Of a DNA stretch of 64,000 nt, positions 48,762-55,975 are shown in pieces (within the stretch, counting starts at the first letter, position 1; each line of letters begins with the position of its first letter). Below the pieces are notes generated by a model. That model was given only the letters and a program-made list of their open reading frames with translations, ran no database searches and had not been told where the DNA came from. The stretch is from contig JBAWWA010000001.1 of NCBI GenBank assembly GCA_037146995.1, forward strand, positions 9,072 through 73,071. The letters are read 5' to 3'. Source of the stretch: a bacterium (GTDB taxonomy: Bacteria; Patescibacteriota; Patescibacteriia; Patescibacteriales; GWE2-39-37). The position numbers and the translations under genes are program-made.

Positions 48762-51087
48762 CAATAAGACCGCTTGGTGCACTTGGAGCTATAATATCAC
48801 TCACTGGAATTTCTCCAGTTTTTACAATTTGAAAAGCTCCGCCACCATTTGCCTCAAAATTCAACACACCCTGAGGGGAGGCGACCACTGCTGTAATAAT
48901 TTTTACTCCATCTCGGTAAACGTCATAGATTGCCGGCTCCATATCTACCAAAAGATGATTTCCAGTTGAAGAATATGCCACCGTGTAAGTCACAGCATTT
49001 TGTTGAATGGTTTGATATGATTCGTCTGACGCAATTGGATCTATTATTTGATTAATCTGCTTAGAAAACAACACAACTTGCGGCACACTTGTTTCGATAA
49101 TACTCCCAATCATGGCTCCAGTGTCTATTCCTGTAATTGCTGGGGTTGTTGATCCACTGGCAGTTGTTAACATGACAGTTAAGGGATTAAAATCTATGGA
49201 AGGCGGAGCAGTAACTTCAACACGCGGATTATAAAAAGTCTTATATGGGGCAATAACTGGATGACTTATCAGGCTAATACTTGTTGTTGCATTTAAAGGG
49301 TAGACAGTTTTTAAATGAAATTTTGATGAACCAGCCGTTGTTGTTACTAGGGAGTCAGATTGAACAGGCGCATTGACGTTGGTCAAATACCATTGAAAAC
49401 GGCGATTATAATCCACACTCTTCTGCTTAGTAATATCATAAACGACAACGATGGCGCCACCACCAACAGATATATAGTTTCTATAAAATAATCTTAACGA
49501 TCTGTATTTAGGCGGGGTCAAATATTTATCACAATAATATGCACTTGTTAAATCAGCCTTTTCATAAACAAAATTTGAATTACCCTCATAATTTAAAATA
49601 GTATTTACACCGAGATGAGACTGGCCACCTTCATATTCGGTTGATTCTGGCAGTTTGCAATATGCTCCACCATCATCAATCCAAAAAGTATTAGCAGCCA
49701 CGCTGGTTTGTACCTGACCAGTGCTCGAGGAATAACCAGGAAAAATCACATTAGAATCTCTCCATTGACCTGCATTAACTAACAAATAATCATTACCACG
49801 TTGAATAGTTACATGGCCAGCCAATTTAGCAGACTGCGGAGCAAAAAAACCGGCGCCACCAGACATCATTGACCAAACGGCGTCAGTATTCCAGCTTGAT
49901 CTAGAAAATATTTTTTCCGTACCGACCTCTCTATAATAAGTTGGCAATGTAATATTGTAATTTATTGGTACCACAGTATTGTCATTCCACAAAAATCTGG
50001 TTATATCATCTGATGCCGGTCTTTGAATTGATGGAGAGGGCGAAGCTCCGACATTATCAATATAATATCTAGCCTTTCCAGCTGCGGTTATATCATTAGA
50101 CGCCACCAATCTTGTTACTATGCCCAAATCAAGAACCCAGTTTACAGAACCGCTCTGAGTACCAAAATCTGTCATCTGCCACCTATTGGGTTTTGTATTA
50201 TAAATTATGCCATCAATGATTTTATTAGCATTTGAACCTAAATAATCTTGACCACTGGCAGATTTTTCTGCATAAAACAAATCTATTAAAAAATTATACA
50301 CTTCAGCTCCATAACTAGTATAACTTTCTACTGCCTGCCCACCAGAAAATGCCCCTGTTTGAAATAATGGAATAGTTGTTGAAGATATTTTTGATCGTAT
50401 CGCCGACAACTGTGTTGCAGCTGCGCTATTATCACCATACATAGCTAAAGCCTGGATACCTAAACCCCTGAGATGGCCGTTATGATAGTTTCCTGACGTA
50501 TACAAGGAATCGCCATAATATAACCCGCTGGCACTGACCCAATTATAATATGAATTTGCCAAGGTTATCATATTAGCCTTACGCGTATTATCCAAATAAT
50601 CATATAACCAATCATAAGCGATACCCAAGGCACCGGGAAGATACCTAGAAGGATAACCGGAATCAATCTGCATGGCAGACATATCAAAGGTCAACATCAC
50701 ATCGACCAAATCCCTGGCTTTTGCAGCATATGCTACATTGCCTGTCATCTTGTACGCAAGACATAAAACATTCATGGCATCCCACCAGCCGGCACCTTGA
50801 TAACCATAATGCATGTTTCCATAATCAGTACCTCCGGGATTCAAGGTATTTCCATTTTGTTGAATTGACTGAGTCAAAAAAGAGTCAGCCCTTGCTTTCA
50901 TTGCCAACCAATCAACATCATTAGCTGCAACTTTCGCTTGAAGTTGTGTTATTTTTTCCGGCGACAGCCAAATCCTTGGATGTGGTCCATCTGGTAAATA
51001 ATCTGGTCCACCGAAGGCATAAACAAATTTTGGCAAAATTACAAATATTGCCAGCAGTAAGAATAATCTTGAATTATGTTTAAACAT
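48754..51087 (-). CDS. P3: secreted heparinase II/III-like protein; C-terminal tag SDIIAPSAPSGLIVL
   Basis: 777-aa ORF with signal peptide LFLLLAIFVILPKFVYAFG. It has FGGPDYLPDGPHPRIWLSPE and IAYDWLYDYL. Its C-terminal ~90 aa are nearly collinear with P10. Confidence 0.85.
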   Translation of the reverse strand: MFKHNSRLFLLLAIFVILPKFVYAFGGPDYLPDGPHPRIWLSPEKITQLQAKVAANDVDWLAMKARADSFLTQSIQQNGNTLNPGGTDYGNMHYGYQGAGWWDAMNVLCLAYKMTGNVAYAAKARDLVDVMLTFDMSAMQIDSGYPSRYLPGALGIAYDWLYDYLDNTRKANMITLANSYYNWVSASGLYYGDSLYTSGNYHNGHLRGLGIQALAMYGDNSAAATQLSAIRSKISSTTIPLFQTGAFSGGQAVESYTSYGAEVYNFLIDLFYAEKSASGQDYLGSNANKIIDGIIYNTKPNRWQMTDFGTQSGSVNWVLDLGIVTRLVASNDITAAGKARYYIDNVGASPSPSIQRPASDDITRFLWNDNTVVPINYNITLPTYYREVGTEKIFSRSSWNTDAVWSMMSGGAGFFAPQSAKLAGHVTIQRGNDYLLVNAGQWRDSNVIFPGYSSSTGQVQTSVAANTFWIDDGGAYCKLPESTEYEGGQSHLGVNTILNYEGNSNFVYEKADLTSAYYCDKYLTPPKYRSLRLFYRNYISVGGGAIVVVYDITKQKSVDYNRRFQWYLTNVNAPVQSDSLVTTTAGSSKFHLKTVYPLNATTSISLISHPVIAPYKTFYNPRVEVTAPPSIDFNPLTVMLTTASGSTTPAITGIDTGAMIGSIIETSVPQVVLFSKQINQIIDPIASDESYQTIQQNAVTYTVAYSSTGNHLLVDMEPAIYDVYRDGVKIITAVVASPQGVLNFEANGGGAFQIVKTGEIPVSDIIAPSAPSGLIVL

Positions 51088-51115
51088 GTTATTATTTTAT
51101 CTAATATGCATTTAA

Positions 51116-52573
51116 TTATAGCACGGAAAGACCGCTTGGCGCATTTGGCGCCACAATATCACCAGAAATAGAATAACTATGCAAACCACTGCTAGAATTA
51201 ATAAATTCAATAATCCCAGCCAAGTTTGCGGTATATAAAGTATTTATGCCAGAATCAATACTTACATTATAATTTTTATTTGGAGTCAAGCTTGTGACAA
51301 TATTTCTTGACTGGGTAGTAGTAGTTGCACTATAGGCCAAATCAATGATATCGTTTCCGTCTTGATTATCAGTAAACATTACAATTAAATTTTCTAATTG
51401 ATTTTCAATTAATGCGCCCCTGCCACCAGTGCCAGCAATTAGCACTGCCGGAGTTTGCGAATCGGTTGAACCGGTGGCTTCAATAACGTGAAGGAACTGA
51501 TCATACTCCTGAGTGACAGTTGGCTCATATTTAACACGATGAAAAACAGCAGACATGTTACTGTTATTTGTCATAGACGTGTCAGTATAGCCACCGCTTT
51601 GCGGATATAAACCTTTTAAGTATATTTTTGACGAACCCACTGTAGCAAAAATATTTCTATTTAATGAATCTATTATTGGCACCGCCTCAAATTGCATGTA
51701 CCAAGATTTTTTATTACTCTTTGCTGAATTTGAACGTGTCACATCATAAATCACAAAAATATTTGGCCTTAAATGTAAAAATGTTCTACGAAAATTTTTA
51801 GCAAGATTTGTATTGCCAATTCCATCAAAAATATTATGGACATCACCACTGACGTAGGCATAATTAGCGTTATTATCGATTCTATCAATAACAGGGGTTA
51901 GAAGTGTTTGTGAAGAAGGAGACCCACCAGTCATGCCGCTATTGTTACTTTGTGTTGTAATTAATCCATTACCATCAGAAATACCATCACCAAAAACTAT
52001 AGAATTCTGACCTTGCGATGTTTCATCACTATTAGAGGATGAATCCATATAGCGTGAAAGAAGCCTGTCAAGGCCTCGATTAATAATGATTGCACCCTGA
52101 TCTTGGGCTTGATGATCTACGTTGAAAATTCCACCCAAAACAAGTTGTGCGGTCACGCTGTTAGTGGCAGTCTTACTCCAGGACGATCGTGTCGTCACTA
52201 CACCGCTCCCAATGGAATGATATATTAGTGGCTCAGCTGAAAAATCTTTTGTTGCTGCAGCGCTATCTCTAAACAAAAATCTCTGCCAATCCATATCAAG
52301 ACGAGGAGTTAATGAGGCGTTATTTAAAAAATATTGCAATTGTTTTGCTTCATCAGACGCAGGATAATAGTTTCGCAAAATATGGGAAAAAGTATTCATA
52401 GCATATTCGCTTGGATGAAGCCAAAAAGATAGATTTTGAGGTTTATTTATAGCACCCCTTTGAAGTTGTACCGTTAATGTTGGGTCAGTGTTGTGGATAT
52501 AATTTTTAGCCACCTCCTTGGGAAAATCAAAAGCTGTCCACGTGTCCAGCCCTGTGGCTGTATTTAATCCCAA
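51116..52573 (-). CDS. P2b: C-terminal part of a heparinase II/III-like gene interrupted by an in-frame TAG; C-terminal tag GDIVAPNAPSGLSVL
   Basis: 485-aa ORF (the track start is an internal TTG). It has no signal peptide of its own and is collinear with the C-terminal 60 percent of P5 (TQEYDQFLHVIEATG...TSLTPNKNYN...). It lies in frame with 52619..53746 across a single TAG. Confidence 0.75.
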   Translation of the reverse strand: MGLNTATGLDTWTAFDFPKEVAKNYIHNTDPTLTVQLQRGAINKPQNLSFWLHPSEYAMNTFSHILRNYYPASDEAKQLQYFLNNASLTPRLDMDWQRFLFRDSAAATKDFSAEPLIYHSIGSGVVTTRSSWSKTATNSVTAQLVLGGIFNVDHQAQDQGAIIINRGLDRLLSRYMDSSSNSDETSQGQNSIVFGDGISDGNGLITTQSNNSGMTGGSPSSQTLLTPVIDRIDNNANYAYVSGDVHNIFDGIGNTNLAKNFRRTFLHLRPNIFVIYDVTRSNSAKSNKKSWYMQFEAVPIIDSLNRNIFATVGSSKIYLKGLYPQSGGYTDTSMTNNSNMSAVFHRVKYEPTVTQEYDQFLHVIEATGSTDSQTPAVLIAGTGGRGALIENQLENLIVMFTDNQDGNDIIDLAYSATTTTQSRNIVTSLTPNKNYNVSIDSGINTLYTANLAGIIEFINSSSGLHSYSISGDIVAPNAPSGLSVL

Positions 52574-52618
52574 AATGCCTTGAAAAAGCTCTTGCCAATC
52601 AGAAAAATAAGCTAAACC

Positions 52619-53746
52619 CTATAAAGAATCGCCGCCCTTATAAACGATTGAACTGGATAATGCATCATAGTGACGTTGCCACAAACTCTTGGCATAATTC
52701 AAATAATGATCAGCATCGACTTGAGGTGCATCACCATAGGCCGCCACCGCATTTAGCATGGCCAGGCCAACGAATGGTTCATAAAAATTTGAACCTATTC
52801 TGCCAACTCCACCAGGATTTGCATAGCCATATTGCTTATACGTATTGGCCGCGGCGATCGGCGACAGATTGCAATTATTAGGCGCACTGCATGCACCAGC
52901 AATAATATTCCCATTAGCATCTTTGCCGAATTGATCCTCATGATAATAAGTGCCACCAATAAGAATGCCATTATTATAACTACTTCGGACTGCATTATAC
53001 CAATCAATATGTCGATACATCATTTTATATAAAGTGGTTTTAAGCTCTAATGTCATGTGCGAATCATTATAAAACCAATCATAAAACAATGGAATCGTTT
53101 GTGCCAAGGCTCTGGCTGCATAGCCACTCTTAAATGACATGTTGCCATTAGTAGTATAGATAAATCCATTGGCATGATTCAATGCAGCCTCATCCGCATT
53201 TAAGGTCACCAATTGACTACTCTTGTCATCACTGAGGCGAATAAACTCTATTCCGTCTTTTTCCTCGCCGGCAGAATAAAGCGTGATAACTCGATTCATC
53301 AGGTCAAATGCATGTGCAGCATAGGTAGCCGCCTTAATATCATCAGCCGTAGCACCAGCCGTGCCGTAATTCACACCCTTTAGAGTTTGATATGCGATGC
53401 CCCAGGAAATTATCGCCTCCTGAATACCGCTTCCAACATAACCATCACCGTCCGGCCAGGTATAAATACCAAGAGCCGATGTACTGCTAGTGCTAATTTT
53501 TTTACTTGGTATGTTATCAAAATAAATAAAATAATTATCACAGCGATTTATTAAAGCTTGATATTCTGAAGTATTAGCAGTTTTTTTGGCTTTCATTTGA
53601 AAAATAACGTCAGGCGTTAACCATATCCTTGGATGCGGGCCGTCAGGTAAATAATCAGGGCCACCATAAGCAAGTGTAAAACTTGGCGCAACTAAAAAAA
53701 ACATTAAAATTAAAATTAAATTTATCTTTAATGTTTTTTTAATCAT
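52619..53746 (-). CDS. P2a: N-terminal part (signal peptide + toroid domain) of the interrupted heparinase II/III-like gene
   Basis: 375-aa ORF with signal peptide LILILMFFLVAPSFTLAYG, YGGPDYLPDGPHPRIWLTPD and LFYDWFYND. It ends at TAG 52621-52619 with no C-terminal tag. Confidence 0.75.
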   Translation of the reverse strand: MIKKTLKINLILILMFFLVAPSFTLAYGGPDYLPDGPHPRIWLTPDVIFQMKAKKTANTSEYQALINRCDNYFIYFDNIPSKKISTSSTSALGIYTWPDGDGYVGSGIQEAIISWGIAYQTLKGVNYGTAGATADDIKAATYAAHAFDLMNRVITLYSAGEEKDGIEFIRLSDDKSSQLVTLNADEAALNHANGFIYTTNGNMSFKSGYAARALAQTIPLFYDWFYNDSHMTLELKTTLYKMMYRHIDWYNAVRSSYNNGILIGGTYYHEDQFGKDANGNIIAGACSAPNNCNLSPIAAANTYKQYGYANPGGVGRIGSNFYEPFVGLAMLNAVAAYGDAPQVDADHYLNYAKSLWQRHYDALSSSIVYKGGDSL

Positions 53747-53818
53747 TGATGAGCCTTAGTTGAACTTTAAGCTTATCGACTTTTTATTACCTCTTGAATT
53801 TGCAATAAAATAATTATT

Positions 53819-54241
53819 TTATTTTTGCCGCGTAAAAAAATATTTTACGCGGTCCCTAAATGAAACAGACAGTTTCTTATTAACCTCTGCCGAAAAACAG
53901 CTTTCCTTGCCAGCATTATTGTACGAAGTAACAGAAAAAAAGTAAGTCGACTTGTTGTCTAAATTTTTAAACAAGTATGTGGTTGTTGTGCCCGTGTCAA
54001 CCCACTTTTCATAGCCGCCATCCTTAGGGCAATCACCCTTGCGACTCACTGTGCCATAGTAAACTTTATATCCAGCTATATTGGATTCAATATTTTTATT
54101 CCAAGTCAATGTTGCCTGGCCGATTGAATGAGTTTTTGTTAAAAATACGTACATCAACGCAAAGACAATAATCACCACAACAGCCACTGCCGTCCACGTT
54201 AAATTAATTCTCGACTTTATAGCTTCTACAAATTTATGCAT
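53819..54241 (-). CDS. P1: N-terminally membrane-anchored single Fn3-like domain protein lacking strand A
   Basis: 140-aa ORF and first gene of the array. It has a signal-anchor helix WTAVAVVVIIVFALMYVFL with no obvious signal-peptidase site. The Fn3 core begins ~8 residues later at GQATLTWNKNIESNIAGYKVYYG...TYFFSVTSYNNAGKES, and is homologous to the first Fn3 of P13. Confidence 0.8.
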   Translation of the reverse strand: MHKFVEAIKSRINLTWTAVAVVVIIVFALMYVFLTKTHSIGQATLTWNKNIESNIAGYKVYYGTVSRKGDCPKDGGYEKWVDTGTTTTYLFKNLDNKSTYFFSVTSYNNAGKESCFSAEVNKKLSVSFRDRVKYFFTRQK

Positions 54242-54263
54242 ATATTTTATTAATTATTAACAT

Positions 54264-54272
54264 TATTATAGC
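54264..54272 (-). promoter_or_regulatory. Extended -10 promoter element (TGCTATAAT) upstream of P1, probable array promoter
   Basis: Minus strand reads gagtaTGCTATAATaatg..., between the rnc terminator and the P1 ATG (~22 nt from the end of the element to the ATG). Confidence 0.5.
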
Positions 54273-54287
54273 ATACTCATCGCCAAA

Positions 54288-54311
54288 CAAAAAAACAGGA
54301 CTAAATCCTGC
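54288..54311 (-). terminator. Rho-independent terminator after rnc
   Basis: Minus strand reads GCAGGA-tttag-TCCTGT followed by TTTTTTTG. Confidence 0.6.
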
Positions 54312-54329
54312 TTTAAGTGATTATAAGAG

Positions 54330-55022
54330 TTACCAACCCTTCTTTTTAATGCCCTTGGCCGCGGCGTCGACTTGCGCCTCTTGCTTGGACAGTCCTTTAC
54401 CCTTGGCAACCAATTCATCGTTCAAATAAACCCCGACTTCAAACATCTTATTATGATCAGGTCCAACTTCACTCATAATCTTGTAATGAGGCGTAACTTT
54501 GTAATACTCTTGTGATTTTTCTTGAAATTTTGATTTTGGGTCCAGATACAACTGCTCTGCTAAAATTCCTTCGAGCCTAAACAGAATAAATTTATTAACA
54601 AATTCAGTTGATTTCTTGATGCCCTGATCAAGATAAATAGCCCCGATAATCGCCTCCATGGCGTTAGCCAAAATATATTGACGAGCCTTGGATTTTGCGT
54701 CTTTTGATTCACCTTTCGATAAATACAAGTACTCCTCAATCTCCATTTCATTGGCTACGTGAGCTAACATCTTGGCGTTAACTAAGCTGGCACGCCAATT
54801 GGTCAGGTCACCTTCTGGCGTCTCAGGATAATTATGATACAAATTCTCGGTAACAATAATTTCTAACACCGCGTCACCCAAAAACTCCAATCGCTCATTG
54901 TGGTGAAGTTCAAATTCTGGATGCTCGTTAATGTATGAACGATGCACCATGGCCTGACGTAAATAGTCAGGATTTTTAAAATTAACGCCAACAATTTTTT
55001 CAAGTTGTGAAATTTCTTTCAT
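54330..55022 (-). CDS. rnc: Ribonuclease III
   Basis: 230-aa ORF with the RNase III signature HNERLEFLGDAVLE and a C-terminal dsRNA-binding domain (GPDHNKMFEVGVYLNDELVAKGKGLSKQEAQVDAA). Confidence 0.95.
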   Translation of the reverse strand: MKEISQLEKIVGVNFKNPDYLRQAMVHRSYINEHPEFELHHNERLEFLGDAVLEIIVTENLYHNYPETPEGDLTNWRASLVNAKMLAHVANEMEIEEYLYLSKGESKDAKSKARQYILANAMEAIIGAIYLDQGIKKSTEFVNKFILFRLEGILAEQLYLDPKSKFQEKSQEYYKVTPHYKIMSEVGPDHNKMFEVGVYLNDELVAKGKGLSKQEAQVDAAAKGIKKKGW

Positions 55023-55099
55023 CTTTTATTAATTGCTAAATTATTGGATTGTTAAATCAAAAAATATTTAACAATCGGAACAATTGAACAATGGTTATT

Positions 55100-55618
55100 T
55101 TATAGCTCTTCCGTAGACTTGGCTTCAATCAATTCATTTACCTCGGTTGCCTTATCTTCAGTTTTTTCCTTGGGGGCAATTGGATTTTTTTTAATCAACC
55201 CCTTTGAGTCTAAGTCTTTATAGATTGCCCCCAATACTCCATTTACGAACCTACCGGATGCCTCACCGCCAAATTTTTTGGCAATTTCAATCGCCTCATT
55301 AATAGCAACTTTGGCCGGAATATCTTCATTATAAATTAATTCAAAAACTCCGACACGTAGTACATTCCGATCAACCAAGGTGATTTGATCCAGAGGCCAC
55401 TCGGTGGCATACCTAATTATATAGTCATTTATACTGGCGACATTTTCAATTACACCATTTACAATATTTTCCGTAAATGAGTGATCAGTCATGTTTTGCG
55501 CAAAATTAGCAAAACTACTGGCTACGACTTCTTTAACATTAATTTGTGGCTGTTCATTAAAATCCCACAAAAAAAGTGTTTGCATGGCAATGGTCCTGGC
55601 CAAGTGTCTATTTGACAT
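55100..55618 (-). CDS. nusB: Transcription antitermination factor NusB
   Basis: NusB-like helices (ARTIAMQTLFLWDF, DRNVLRVGVFELIY, AINEAIEIAKKFGG...FVNGVLG). I place the start at ATG 55618, whereas the track starts at an upstream TTG at 55627. Confidence 0.85.
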   Translation of the reverse strand: MSNRHLARTIAMQTLFLWDFNEQPQINVKEVVASSFANFAQNMTDHSFTENIVNGVIENVASINDYIIRYATEWPLDQITLVDRNVLRVGVFELIYNEDIPAKVAINEAIEIAKKFGGEASGRFVNGVLGAIYKDLDSKGLIKKNPIAPKEKTEDKATEVNELIEAKSTEEL

Positions 55619-55641
55619 AAGGTGCAAAATAAAAAAGCCGG

Positions 55642-55839
55642 TTAAGCTTTTTTAGGTGTTTTAGTTTTTAGAGTTAAAACTTGTTTGCCGTTATAATAAC
55701 CGCAAAAGGCACAAGCGGTGTGTGGCAAAATATCTTTTGCACATTTAGGGCACTTAGCTGTTGATGTTTTCTTTAAAGCTTGATGTGAACGACCGCGGCG
55801 CGCCTCTGAGGTTGGCCTTCTTTTTGCTGGTACTGGCAT
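55642..55839 (-). CDS. rpmF: 50S ribosomal protein L32
   Basis: 65-aa ORF with MPVPAKRRPTSEARRGRSHQAL and a CPKC...CAFCG zinc ribbon, typical of bL32. Confidence 0.9.
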   Translation of the reverse strand: MPVPAKRRPTSEARRGRSHQALKKTSTAKCPKCAKDILPHTACAFCGYYNGKQVLTLKTKTPKKA

Positions 55840-55929
55840 ATTATCTTAGATATTAGAGATTATATATTAGGGCAAACCGCCCCATACAAACCTTTTTTTA
55901 AATTATTAATCGCTCTTTATTTAAACAAA

Positions 55930-55938
55930 ATTATAACA
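55930..55938 (-). promoter_or_regulatory. Extended -10 element (TGTTATAAT) upstream of rpmF
   Basis: Minus strand reads attgTTATAATtttg, ~90 nt upstream of the rpmF ATG. It shows that TGnTATAAT promoters are used outside the array too. Confidence 0.4.
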
Positions 55939-55975
55939 ATAAGTCAATAGACAATACCTGCTAAGTGCTAATTCT

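Noticed and set aside
52619-52621. In-frame TAG in P2 as programmed recoding or alternative genetic code
   Set aside because: TAG is used as the genuine terminator directly after the conserved tag of P12 (..SVF-TAG). TGA likewise terminates P9 and P4 right after their tags, so neither TAG nor TGA reassignment (e.g. code 25) fits. A nonsense mutation or base-call error is simpler.
25061-53032. Many 60-134-aa ORFs on the plus strand or in alternative minus frames inside P2-P13 (e.g. 26431..26670, 27265..27615, 29520..29882, 34372..34737, 36983..37318, 39030..39434, 42734..43030, 52832..53032)
   Set aside because: All are nested within much longer ORFs that have signal peptides, recognisable domains and the conserved tag. 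They have low-complexity or hydrophobic composition typical of shadow frames.
26153-53746. Interpreting the shared C-terminal tag as a sortase/exosortase/rhombosortase/archaeosortase or T9SS signal
   Set aside because: Those signals have a motif followed by a hydrophobic helix and basic residues, or an ~80-aa beta-sandwich CTD. Here the protein stops immediately after ..GLSVL, and no sortase-like gene is in the window.
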